Sequence record: AM265639.1
Length of the DNA stretch: 41,593 nt
Origin: Pseudomonas phage LKA1
Strand: one strand, 5' to 3'
Made by a program: the position numbers and the translations under genes. The notes under the pieces are model-generated. The model saw nothing but the letters and a program-made list of their open reading frames with translations, did not search any database and was not told the origin of the DNA. Positions 7,429 to 16,317 of the stretch are shown here, in pieces. Each line of letters begins with the position of its first letter. Positions within the stretch are counted from its first letter, which is position 1.

Positions 7429-7453
7429 GCCTCAACGCGGGCTGGAGGTCAAG

Positions 7454-8175
7454 ATGAGTGGGCAAGTGAAGCTAAACCATAGCGCCGACGACGTGGCACA
7501 GATGCGTAGAGACTGGGCAGAGAGTTCCCACTTCGACGCGCCCGCTGATTTGCCAGGGCTCCTCGATGATTACGACGCCATGCACGCAGAGGCCGAGGCG
7601 CTGCGGGCTGAGAATGCAAAATGGCAAAGAAGCCATCAGGATATCCATGAGCCGGCATTACGTGAAGCCCATGCGTATATCCAAGAACTGCGCACCGAGC
7701 TGGAGGAGGCGCAGGGATTGCTGCGCGATATGCGCCACGCCGCGCGCATTAACCCCTCCTGCCAGCAGGGCATGGTAAATCCTTGCCGCTGTGGGTATTG
7801 CGTTGACTTGCGAATTGACGCTTTCCTCACCTCCACCCAGGCGCCGGAAGCGCGGGACCATATTGAGCGTCACCTCACAATGGCCGAGCAGGGAGAGCGG
7901 CAGGAGGCAGTGGCGTGGGCGTTAGCAAATAGCGCAGACGAGATTGGCGGGTTTGCGCCGATTTATTACACCAAAGAAGGCGCGATCAGTTGGCAAATGG
8001 CCGGAACATTTTCCCGCTCTACACCACCCCGCAGCCAGGCCCGGACGTGCGGGCGCTGGTGGAGGCGCTGGAAGGAATACTCGAGTATTTCCCAGTGGGC
8101 AATTCTGACGGCGAATGCTTCAGCATCGAAAAAGCCGAGAAAGCCCTATCCGCCCACCGCCAGGCGCAATCGTAA
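7454..8175 (+). CDS. Hypothetical protein whose coding signal moves to the +1 frame near 7990 (frameshift or indel)
   Basis: GGAGG then ATG 7454. The product looks protein-like up to ...YYTKEGAISWQMAG at about 7997. After that the same frame runs on with no stop for ~370 nt of Arg/Trp-rich, low-GC3 sequence. The +1 frame from 7990 (ANGRNIFPLYTTPQPGPDVRALVEALEGILEYFPVGNSDGECFSIEKAEKALSAHRQAQS) has about 75% GC3 and ends in TAATG, coupled to the primase start at 8175. Confidence 0.4.
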
Positions 8176-8978
8176 TGGCCCTGCCCGAGAACGAGTGGCT
8201 GCACAAGGCGCAGGCGCTGGCCATCGGGCAAACCTCCCGCACGTACCACAACGAGGAGAACCGTGCGAGCCTCGTGATCGGCAACGACATCGACCGTTGG
8301 TGGGCGTACTGTCACCGCTGTCACGAGGGCGGGCAGGTGCTGAAGACACATGTGCTCGTGGGTGCTGAGGTCCAGGTCCAGGAGCGCTTCATGCCCTGGC
8401 CCGACGATGCTAAACCCGCAGCCAGTGACGAGCTGTACCGCAGCGTGTACCGCACCCTGTTAGGCAAAGGCATCGACCTGGGTAGTATGCTGCCTGGGGT
8501 GCCCATGTACATCAGTCGCCGCCAGGGTCGCCTGATCCTCGCCAGTGCGCAGGGGTGGTTGGGCCGCGCCATCGGCGCAGTGCAGCCGAAGTGGTGCGCG
8601 TACTCAAACCCAGGCCAGCGCCCGGCTGTGTTCGCACACCACCCGCACGATCATATTACGAGGCGGTGTGTGGTCACGGAGGACTACTTCTCAGCGCTCA
8701 AGATAAGGTGGGCTTTGAATGATCCAGAAACTACTGCGATTGCTGCGCTCGGGACTCGTGTGCACAATCGCCTGGCGGCTGCCCTCCTCGAAGCAGATGA
8801 GGTGCTGTTCGCATTCGATGGGGACCGAGCCGGGGCTGACGGGTGGCCAGCAGCCGCCCGCCGCCTACGTGGCCTCGGCAAGTCAGTTCGCATCTGCGAT
8901 GTCCCACAGGGGTTAGACCCCAAGGATATGCAGGCGCACCAGATACAGGAGATGATAAATGGGTCGCCGACCGAGTGA
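8175..8978 (+). CDS. DNA primase (zinc-ribbon plus TOPRIM), 267 aa
   Basis: N-terminal CHRCHEGG zinc-binding motif. TOPRIM-like EDYFSALKI ... FDGDRAGADG acidic motifs. It sits immediately upstream of the helicase, as the T7 gp4 primase region does. Confidence 0.75.
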   Translation: MALPENEWLHKAQALAIGQTSRTYHNEENRASLVIGNDIDRWWAYCHRCHEGGQVLKTHVLVGAEVQVQERFMPWPDDAKPAASDELYRSVYRTLLGKGIDLGSMLPGVPMYISRRQGRLILASAQGWLGRAIGAVQPKWCAYSNPGQRPAVFAHHPHDHITRRCVVTEDYFSALKIRWALNDPETTAIAALGTRVHNRLAAALLEADEVLFAFDGDRAGADGWPAAARRLRGLGKSVRICDVPQGLDPKDMQAHQIQEMINGSPTE

Positions 8979-8994
8979 TGAGGAATTGGAGGCT

Positions 8995-9141
8995 ATGGAT
9001 CGCGCCCACGCTGCCGTGGCGAAGGCGCAGCGGGAGTGCGGGCATTACTACTGTCGCCCGGTCGAATGGTACTGGAGCGGCGCGGTGCGCGTAATGCAGT
9101 GTGATGACTGCGGCTCGCAAGACTTCCGGGAGGAGCAATGA
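8995..9141 (+). CDS. Small zinc-ribbon protein, 48 aa
   Basis: GGAGG before ATG 8995. Contains CGHYYC ... CDDCGS Cys pairs. Confidence 0.35.
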   Translation: MDRAHAAVAKAQRECGHYYCRPVEWYWSGAVRVMQCDDCGSQDFREEQ

Positions 9142-9347
9142 GCAACCGTGACCAACCGATCCACATGCTCCGGTACTGGATCAATGATAAGGGTATCGAG
9201 AGGCTGTCGGAGTATTACCCGAAGCTGACCAAGAACGACGCCGAGATTCGTGCGGCCTTGGAGCACCGTGCCTTGGCCGAGCGAGCGTTGCTGTCCAGGG
9301 TCGATGAATTGATGGGCCTAGCGGGCGACGAGGATGATTATGAGTAG
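9138..9347 (+). CDS. Hypothetical protein, 69 aa
   Basis: ATGA coupling with the upstream stop. Overlaps the helicase start. Confidence 0.45.
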   Translation: MSNRDQPIHMLRYWINDKGIERLSEYYPKLTKNDAEIRAALEHRALAERALLSRVDELMGLAGDEDDYE

Positions 9348-10605
9348 CGATACTTTGATCCTGCAAGCGCTGCGCGAGAAGCAGAAGTACCGAACGCTGA
9401 TAGGCACCGTGCCCACCGGGATGCTTGGCACCGAGGCGCAGTGCCTATTGGCCTGGTATCCGATCTACCACCAAGCGTACCCTGAGCACGAGTACCTGGA
9501 CATCGACGCGCTCGATGCCCTGGTGAAGCTCCGCTCCGGGTACAGCCCTGAGCAGATGGCGACGGTGCGCCACGCCATGCAGCTCATGCGCCAGCACGTT
9601 GACCAGGGTGCCATCAAGGGCGTCGTGAACCAACTGTACGAGCGGGACTTCGCCGGTCGTGCCGGTGCCCTGCTCTCCCAGTACAACGCCGGGGGCGAGG
9701 TTGATCTAGTGTACGAGCTGAGTCGCATTGCGCAGGAGACGCAGCGCGTCGTGGCCCAGAGCGCCAGCTCCGACTGGATTCAGGACAGCATCGAGGACAT
9801 CCTGAAACAGGAGGAGAAGGACTTCGGCCTGAAGTTCCCGCTGCCTGTCTTGGAGGCGCACATCAAGGGCCTCCTGGGAGGCGCCTCAGTGGCTTTGGCA
9901 GGGCGCCCCGACAAGGGTAAGACCAGCCTCATTGCATTCATCCTAGCCCGCTTTGCGGGGCAGCTAGACCGGTACTTCGACCCGGAGCGACCTATCCTCT
10001 GGCTGAACAACGAGGGCAAGGGTCAGCGCATCATCCCACGTATCTACCAGGCCGCCCTCGGGGTGGACATGGACGAGCTGGTGGCGATGAGCAACGCCGG
10101 CACCCTGCGCGATGCGTACACCGCCAAGGTTGGCCGTGTGGATCGTATCCGTGTAAAGGATATGCACGGTGCGAGCTTCGCCCAGATCGAGCAGGTCATC
10201 GAAGCGATGAAGCCCTGTGTTGTCGTCTGGGATATGATGGCGAACTTCCGCCTGGGGCACAGCTCCGGGGGTGGGAACAAGGCCGATGAGGTGGAGGAGA
10301 AGTGGCAAGTCGCCCGTGAGATGGCGGTGCGCCACGACTTCGTGAGCCTGGGTACTGTCCAGATCAGCAACGAGGGTGGGAACATGCTGTACCCGCCGTA
10401 CTCTGCGCTCAAGGACAGCAAGACCGGTATCCAGGGCGCGACCGATCTGATCGTCATGATGGGGGCGCTGGATGCGCCTGAGATGGCGTCGCTACGTGGT
10501 ATCAGCACGCCGAAAAACAAGTTCCAGATGCCCAAGATGCCAAGCCACATAACCTCTGAGGTATTTTTCGATGCAGCGAGATGTCAGTTCGAGCAAGGTT
10601 CTTAA
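9334..10605 (+). CDS. Replicative DNA helicase (DnaB/T7 gp4-helicase-like), 423 aa
   Basis: Walker A GRPDKGKTS. RecA-like fold signatures (ILWLNNEG, VVVWDMMANF). Position after the primase. Confidence 0.85.
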   Translation: MIMSSDTLILQALREKQKYRTLIGTVPTGMLGTEAQCLLAWYPIYHQAYPEHEYLDIDALDALVKLRSGYSPEQMATVRHAMQLMRQHVDQGAIKGVVNQLYERDFAGRAGALLSQYNAGGEVDLVYELSRIAQETQRVVAQSASSDWIQDSIEDILKQEEKDFGLKFPLPVLEAHIKGLLGGASVALAGRPDKGKTSLIAFILARFAGQLDRYFDPERPILWLNNEGKGQRIIPRIYQAALGVDMDELVAMSNAGTLRDAYTAKVGRVDRIRVKDMHGASFAQIEQVIEAMKPCVVVWDMMANFRLGHSSGGGNKADEVEEKWQVAREMAVRHDFVSLGTVQISNEGGNMLYPPYSALKDSKTGIQGATDLIVMMGALDAPEMASLRGISTPKNKFQMPKMPSHITSEVFFDAARCQFEQGS

Positions 10606-10801
10606 ACAGTGGGGAGTGGGCGTCTCAGACTATGCGAAAGAGGCCTGGCTCGGTCTCATCGTATTCCAAGCGGGGCGCCAGTGCTACCACGTATCCGTCA
10701 ACATCACCGGCGCCAGCCCCGCCTATGTCGAAGCGCTGGTCGAGCGCCTGAACATCCACATCAACAATCTACTGTACGAACTCGGGAGGATTCCGCGATG
10801 A
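10571..10801 (+). CDS. Hypothetical protein, 76 aa
   Basis: ATG 10571 inside the helicase 3' end. ATGA-type coupling to the next ORF. Confidence 0.35.
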   Translation: MQRDVSSSKVLKQWGVGVSDYAKEAWLGLIVFQAGRQCYHVSVNITGASPAYVEALVERLNIHINNLLYELGRIPR

Positions 10802-10995
10802 CCCAAGACATCACCCTACAGTGCAGCCTCATCGAGACTGACGAGGTGTACGCCGAACCGGATGACCGAGGACTCCTGCTCCAGGTGTCTCAGAGTGGCA
10901 CCTGGTCACAGGTTGTACTCACCAATGCCGACGCCCTGCGCCTGGCTGAGCACATCATCATGCACGTACCACGGGAGCAAACGAATGAACACTGA
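10798..10995 (+). CDS. Hypothetical protein, 65 aa
   Basis: ATG 10798 overlaps the upstream stop. Acidic product. Confidence 0.4.
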   Translation: MTQDITLQCSLIETDEVYAEPDDRGLLLQVSQSGTWSQVVLTNADALRLAEHIIMHVPREQTNEH

Positions 10996-11407
10996 ACCCT
11001 TACGTTGGCCAGGTGGCTCGGCCTACATCTGCCCGACCGCGACATACAACGACCTCGACTACATGATGTACTTGGAGGAGACCCAGGTAGGCACGTACCG
11101 CCAACTATTACTCGGCGACGGTTGGGAATCGTGCACTGCTGCTGAGTACCCGGATCGGGACGAGTTCGGTTGGGAGGCATTCCGCAAGGGACAGTGGAAC
11201 CTTATCCTCTGCTGGAACGCGACGCAATACCTGCGCTGGTTGGCGGCGACTGAGCTGGCCAAGGTATTGAACCTCACGGCCAAAGAGGAGCGGGTTGGCT
11301 TGTTCCAGGCTGTCCGCGATGGAGTACCCGAACAGGCGCGGGCGATGCTGGAGCGTACCCGTGCCACAGGTGAAGCAAAGTACCAGGAGTTCTTGAATGA
11401 GCACTAA
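10985..11407 (+). CDS. Hypothetical protein, 140 aa
   Basis: ATG 10985 overlaps the upstream end. In-frame ORF up to the ligase start. Confidence 0.5.
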   Translation: MNTEPLRWPGGSAYICPTATYNDLDYMMYLEETQVGTYRQLLLGDGWESCTAAEYPDRDEFGWEAFRKGQWNLILCWNATQYLRWLAATELAKVLNLTAKEERVGLFQAVRDGVPEQARAMLERTRATGEAKYQEFLNEH

Positions 11408-12413
11408 GAAGCCCCGCCTCTGGCACCCGAGGCCGCACCGTGCGGTGGACTGGAACCAGAAGGCAATCGAGAAGCGTCTGGCCCAAGGCCCGCTCCAGGC
11501 CTGTGTGAAGGTGGATGGGTTCCGCGTACTGATCCGCCTGAACTGCGAAGGGGACGTGGTGTTCACGACCCGCGAGGGTATTGAAATCAGCAGCTTGTCT
11601 GGACTTGCGGAGCACGTCTGTCGCACCCTGTTCACGCCAGATACACCAATGCGGCGCGTGTACGACGGTGAGGTCTGGATCAAGGGCATCCCGTTCGAGG
11701 AGATGTCCGGCCTACTGCGCCGTGATACCCGCCTACCCGACGAGCACCTGAAGAACGTGCACGTCCTGATCTTCGACGTGGGACTACTTGAGGACTACGA
11801 AGGCCCGGACGAGGATCGTGTGCCGAATGTGCTGACCTTGGAGGAGCGTCGCCGACTCATTGGTGCCTTGGGCCTGGCCCCATTCCGCCCGCTGATCGAG
11901 CAACCCACGACCCTGTTGGTCTACGAGCAGTATTGGACCGTCTACACAGTGGGTGGCATCCAGGAGCTGTACCAGCGTGCCCGGGCAGCCGGGTACGAGG
12001 GCCTGATCCTCAAGGACCCCCACCTCTTACCCCGCAACGGCAAGGTGTCCGGGTGGTGGAAGGTGAAGCCTGGTTGCGGCGCCGAGTTCGCGCCTGGGTT
12101 CGAGGCGGATGGTACTGTCATCGACTACGTGTGGGGCGACCCCGATAAGGCGAACGCCAATAAGATCGTCGGGTTCCGGGTACGTCTGGAGGACGGGGCT
12201 GAAGTAAACGCAACCGGGTTGACGCAAGACCAGATGGCCTGTTACACCCAGAGCTACCACGCAACCGCCTATGAGGTTGGCATCACCCAAACCATCTACA
12301 TTGGCCGCGCCTGTCGCGTCTCCGGTATGGAGCGCACTAAAGATGGCAGTATCCGCCACCCACACTTCGACGGGTTCCGCGACATCGACGGGGCTGAGGG
12401 TCTGAAAGCATGA
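11397..12413 (+). CDS. ATP-dependent DNA ligase, 338 aa
   Basis: Adenylation motif I CVKVDGFRVLI (KxDG). Size and position match T7 gp1.3-like ligases. Confidence 0.85.
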   Translation: MSTKKPRLWHPRPHRAVDWNQKAIEKRLAQGPLQACVKVDGFRVLIRLNCEGDVVFTTREGIEISSLSGLAEHVCRTLFTPDTPMRRVYDGEVWIKGIPFEEMSGLLRRDTRLPDEHLKNVHVLIFDVGLLEDYEGPDEDRVPNVLTLEERRRLIGALGLAPFRPLIEQPTTLLVYEQYWTVYTVGGIQELYQRARAAGYEGLILKDPHLLPRNGKVSGWWKVKPGCGAEFAPGFEADGTVIDYVWGDPDKANANKIVGFRVRLEDGAEVNATGLTQDQMACYTQSYHATAYEVGITQTIYIGRACRVSGMERTKDGSIRHPHFDGFRDIDGAEGLKA

Positions 12414-12589
12414 GAAAGAGTTTGATGTTGCAGCTTGGCCCCACGCCAAAGCCCGGAGTCGTGCTAGGGATTGGCTGGGATTGGTCCCGCCCCTGGAAAG
12501 CGACGTACTACCCGCTGGATGGTGGGCGGTTGGTATCCGGGTCCCTCGGTGTGGGCAAGGTGTGGGTATTCTACTGGTGGCGTAAATGA
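12410..12589 (+). CDS. Small ORF bridging ligase and polymerase, 59 aa
   Basis: ATGA at the ligase stop and ATGA at the polymerase start. I translated it by hand. It is Trp/Gly-rich, so weak. Confidence 0.3.
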   Translation: MRKSLMLQLGPTPKPGVVLGIGWDWSRPWKATYYPLDGGRLVSGSLGVGKVWVFYWWRK

Positions 12590-14961
12590 AGGTACGGACA
12601 ATAGATTTGGAGTGCGAGAACAAACCGTGGTACGGGCAGCTCGCGTCCCCGCACAACCCTGAGAACTACGTGGTCATGCCCGGTTGGTGTGACGACATCT
12701 TCGGCGGCACCCCTGGCCCGGTACAGCACCTGCACTTCACCTCGCTGGAGGATGAGCGCAGTTGTAACTGGTTCAACCTCGACGGGGTAGACCTCCTCGT
12801 AGCACACAACGCTGGGTACGAGGTGTCCTGGTTCCTGACCCGCTACCGCGACGAGTTCGAGAAGTTCCTCAAGCGTGGTGGCCGGGTGCTTTGTACCCAG
12901 ATGGCCGAGTACATCCTGTCGAACTTCACCGACACGTACCCGAGCTTGGACGAGACTGCGCCGAAGTACGGTGGTACTCACAAGATCGATGCGGTGAAGG
13001 AACTGTGGAAGCAGGGGCACCTCACCAGCCAGATCGACCCGAAGCTCCTGGCCGAGTACCTCGCCGGTCCCGAGGGTGACGTGGAGAACACCCGCCGCAC
13101 CTTCTACGGGCAGATGGCTCTGCTCCAGGAGCGCGGGCAGTGGGGGCTGTTCCTGGAGCGCTGCGAAGCCCTACTGGCCTTCGCGTACTGCGAGTTCTTC
13201 GGCCTGTACGTGAACACCGAGGTGGCCGAGGCTAACCTGGCGAAGCAGGAAGCTGAGCTGGCCGAGCTGCGAGCCGAGGTGCAGAAGCTCCTGCCCGAGT
13301 TGCCCGAGCACTTCGAGTTCAACTGGGGCAGTGACTACCACCTCAGCGCCCTACTGTTCGGCGGTCCGGTGAAGTACAGGACCCGCGTACCCCGCACCGA
13401 TGCCGGTGGCCTGGTAATGTACGAGAAGGATGAGTGTTACAAGCTCGGTGACAAATTCATCGATGTGGCCTACCTTAACGCCCAGGACGAGGCGGTGGTT
13501 GCACACCTAATCCGAGAACACGGCAACCCGGATCGTTACAAGGCCGGCAAGAACAAGGGCGAGTTGAAGATTCATAAGGTTGAATCTGACCACCCGCAGA
13601 TGAAGTGGGACGACGCGGTGTTCGTGTTCCCCGGCGTCATCTGGATTCAGCAACTGCCCTCGAACATCCAGGAGAAGTTCGAGTACCACGGCAAGGACTC
13701 TCGCAAGAACGGGGATTGGACCGGCGCCCGCCTGCTGTGCGACGATAAGACCCCGGTGTACAGCACCAGCTCGGAGGTGCTGGAGGTGCTGGCCAAGCAC
13801 GGCTTCGAGGCCGCCGATAAGCTCTCCCGCATGGCGTCCCTGGAGAAGGATAACGGCACGTACTACCGCTCTGTGGAGTACGACAAGGAGGGCAACGTCA
13901 AGAAGGTCAAGGGGATGCTCCAGTACGTCCAGCCGGACGGGATCATCCACCACAGCTTGAACCTTTGCGCCACCGCCACTGGTCGCCTGTCCTCCTCGTA
14001 CCCGAACCTCCAGAACCTCCCGCGAGACGGCACCAGCCGAGTCAAGGAGATGTTCGAGTCCCGCTTCGGGACTGCCGGGCGGATCATCGAAGTGGACTAC
14101 TCAGCCCTGGAAGTGGTGATGCTGGCTGCGCTCAGCGGCGACGAGAACCTGCTGGAGCAGCTCGTCAAGGGCACGGACATGCACTGCCTGCGTCTGGCCG
14201 CGAAGCTCGGTGAACCCTACGAGGAGGTGCTGCACAAGGCAGTCGAGAACCAGGCGCATCCGGAGCACAAGCGGTACAAGCAGATGCGGACGGACATCAA
14301 GCCACCTAGCTTCGCCGCTCAGTACGGGGCCAGTGCCGAGGGTATCGCATACGCCACCGGTGTATCTGTCGAGTACGCCAAGGAGTTCCTGGAGACAGAG
14401 GCCCGCCTGTTCCCGCAGAGCATCGCGTTCCGTGGGGTTGTGCGTGCTGAGGTCGAGCGTACCGGCGAGCTGCCCGAGGGCCTGCACCGCGAGCAGGACG
14501 AGGCCACTGGGGCGTGGCGAATCTACCGCCGAGGTTACTGGCAGGCGCCAGGTGGTGCGCGTTACAGCTTCCGGCAGTGGCCGCAGTGGAACAAGGAGCT
14601 GCGCCAGCGCGTCATGGACTACAAGGACACCCAGATCGCCAACTACTGGTGCCAGGGCGAGGCGTTCTACCTCATGGCTGTATCGGCGGGTCGGGTACTG
14701 CGTTGGCTCCTGTCCGTGAACTTCCTAGCGAACGAGGAGTTCCCGCAAGGTCGCGTGTGCTTCATCAACAACGTACACGATGCGCTGTACTTCGACGTAC
14801 ACGAATCGGTGGTACGGGAGGTGGGCCTCCAGGTTAAGGCCATCATGGAAGACGCGCCGAAGTACATGAGCGAGCGCCTCGGCTACAACATCGCACACGT
14901 CCCGTTCCCGGCAGCCGCTGAGGCAGGGCTTAACATGGCAGATAAGGAGCACATCCATTGA
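12586..14961 (+). CDS. DNA polymerase, family A, with 3'-5' exonuclease domain, 791 aa
   Basis: Exo I motif IDLECEN. Pol motif A EVDYSALEVVMLAAL, motif B RTDIKPPSFAAQYGAS, motif C VHDALYFD. Confidence 0.95.
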   Translation: MKVRTIDLECENKPWYGQLASPHNPENYVVMPGWCDDIFGGTPGPVQHLHFTSLEDERSCNWFNLDGVDLLVAHNAGYEVSWFLTRYRDEFEKFLKRGGRVLCTQMAEYILSNFTDTYPSLDETAPKYGGTHKIDAVKELWKQGHLTSQIDPKLLAEYLAGPEGDVENTRRTFYGQMALLQERGQWGLFLERCEALLAFAYCEFFGLYVNTEVAEANLAKQEAELAELRAEVQKLLPELPEHFEFNWGSDYHLSALLFGGPVKYRTRVPRTDAGGLVMYEKDECYKLGDKFIDVAYLNAQDEAVVAHLIREHGNPDRYKAGKNKGELKIHKVESDHPQMKWDDAVFVFPGVIWIQQLPSNIQEKFEYHGKDSRKNGDWTGARLLCDDKTPVYSTSSEVLEVLAKHGFEAADKLSRMASLEKDNGTYYRSVEYDKEGNVKKVKGMLQYVQPDGIIHHSLNLCATATGRLSSSYPNLQNLPRDGTSRVKEMFESRFGTAGRIIEVDYSALEVVMLAALSGDENLLEQLVKGTDMHCLRLAAKLGEPYEEVLHKAVENQAHPEHKRYKQMRTDIKPPSFAAQYGASAEGIAYATGVSVEYAKEFLETEARLFPQSIAFRGVVRAEVERTGELPEGLHREQDEATGAWRIYRRGYWQAPGGARYSFRQWPQWNKELRQRVMDYKDTQIANYWCQGEAFYLMAVSAGRVLRWLLSVNFLANEEFPQGRVCFINNVHDALYFDVHESVVREVGLQVKAIMEDAPKYMSERLGYNIAHVPFPAAAEAGLNMADKEHIH

Positions 14962-15155
14962 GCAACTACACTATCACAACCACGCACGGGGCCTACCGGC
15001 TGACTGGCTGTACGCAGTACCGCTGGACGCTCGGCATCCTCGGGCCACGCCGACTTCTAATCGGGAACGCGCAGGATAAGGTTATCTTCATGGCCCCGGC
15101 TGCGGAGGTCCTCTCTGTCACGCAGGACGACCATCTACTGGAATACACGCCATGA
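14958..15155 (+). CDS. Hypothetical protein, 65 aa, probable TTG start
   Basis: Strong SD AAGGAG 8 nt before TTG 14958. No in-frame ATG near the 5' end. ATGA coupling at the 3' end. Confidence 0.4.
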   Translation: MSNYTITTTHGAYRLTGCTQYRWTLGILGPRRLLIGNAQDKVIFMAPAAEVLSVTQDDHLLEYTP

Positions 15156-15376
15156 GCGCCCCAACTTATAACGTGACGGTGGTGTGGCGCGAGGCGCCCA
15201 GCACCCCGGAACAGCCAGCCGAGCTGGCGACGAATTACGGCTACTGCTACCAACCGCAGCTTGCGCAAGGTGGCCACGCCGTACTACTGGAGCACGCCCA
15301 GTCCGGGCGGCTTCACTTCATCAACCTGAACGCAGTACAGTGCATTAACGCCACCCCAGTACCGGAGAAAGTATGA
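15152..15376 (+). CDS. Hypothetical protein, 74 aa
   Basis: ATGA coupling at both ends. Confidence 0.45.
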   Translation: MSAPTYNVTVVWREAPSTPEQPAELATNYGYCYQPQLAQGGHAVLLEHAQSGRLHFINLNAVQCINATPVPEKV

Positions 15377-16317
15377 GCCAGAAACTACAAGCACTACTCG
15401 CCCTTGCCAACGCCGCCGCCGAAACCGCTGAGGTAGACCTCAGCCAAGTATCCAAGGGCAGTGGCGGTGGTAAGCTCTACCCCGCAGGCTACGCCTTCGC
15501 CCGCTTCGTGCGGTACATCGAGTTCGGTATGCACCCGCAGGAGTTCCAGGGTAAGGCCAAGGACCCTGCGCTGGAGTACCGCCTGGGCTTCGCCCTGTTC
15601 GGTGAGGGCTACCAGAACGATGACGGCACCCCTGGCTTCATCTCGACCTATGACATGAAGATCAGCAACAACGAGAAGGCGGGCACGAAGATCATCTTCG
15701 ACAAGATGAACTGGAAGGGCCAGGCCAAGCACTTCGCGCAGATGCTCGGCGACGCCTTCCTCGTGAAGATCGAGCACAAGGACATCAAGGACCAGCCCGG
15801 TAAGAAGCGCAGTGTCCTGAATCTGAAGGAGACCCTGCCGCCCATCGACGTGGTGAGCAAGCAGCCGTACCAGATTCCCCAGGTGGACGACGACCTGCTC
15901 GACCTGTTCCTGTGGTCACACCCGACCAAGGAAGCCTGGGACGCCATGCACATCGAGGGCACCAATGAGACCACCGGCAAGTCCAAGAACTTCTTGCAAG
16001 AGAAGTGCCTCCAGGCCATCGACTTCCCTGGCTCGGCCCTGGAACAGCTCCTGCGCGGCACGGGCAACCTGCCGTCCCCAGAGCAGCTCGCCGCTATGGC
16101 ACCTACGGCGCCCGCAGTAGCGCAAACGCCGGCCACCCCTAACATCCCTACCGCCCCGGCTATCCCCGCTGCCAGCGCGCCCGTGGCGCCTGCTGTGCCG
16201 CAGGTCCCGGCAGTGCCTCAAGTGCCTGCTGTACCCCAGGTGCCGGTAGCCCCAGTCGTCCCGGACGTGCCCTTCGAGGGCGGTGTCCCGGCAGCGCCGG
16301 GGGTAGCCCAGGCATGA
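15373..16317 (+). CDS. Hypothetical protein with Pro/Ala/Val-rich repetitive C-terminus, 314 aa
   Basis: Globular N-terminal 230 aa, then PTAPAVAQTPATPNIPTAPAIPAASAPVAPAVPQVPAVPQVPAVPQVPVAPVVPDVP. The PAVPQV units come from an 18-bp tandem DNA repeat at about 16195-16250. Confidence 0.6.
   Translation: MSQKLQALLALANAAAETAEVDLSQVSKGSGGGKLYPAGYAFARFVRYIEFGMHPQEFQGKAKDPALEYRLGFALFGEGYQNDDGTPGFISTYDMKISNNEKAGTKIIFDKMNWKGQAKHFAQMLGDAFLVKIEHKDIKDQPGKKRSVLNLKETLPPIDVVSKQPYQIPQVDDDLLDLFLWSHPTKEAWDAMHIEGTNETTGKSKNFLQEKCLQAIDFPGSALEQLLRGTGNLPSPEQLAAMAPTAPAVAQTPATPNIPTAPAIPAASAPVAPAVPQVPAVPQVPAVPQVPVAPVVPDVPFEGGVPAAPGVAQA
16195..16250 (+). repeat. Degenerate 18-bp tandem repeat (x3) encoding PAVPQV units
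   Basis: ccgcaggtcccggcagtg / cctcaagtgcctgctgta / ccccaggtgccggtagcc within 15373..16317. Confidence 0.7.

Noticed and set aside
7418-8368. 316-aa ORF as drawn in the track, running through into the primase gene
   Set aside because: Only the part up to about 7997 looks coding. The remainder is a low-GC3 read-through frame overlapping the well-supported +1-frame ORF and the primase. Treated as a frameshift/indel question instead.
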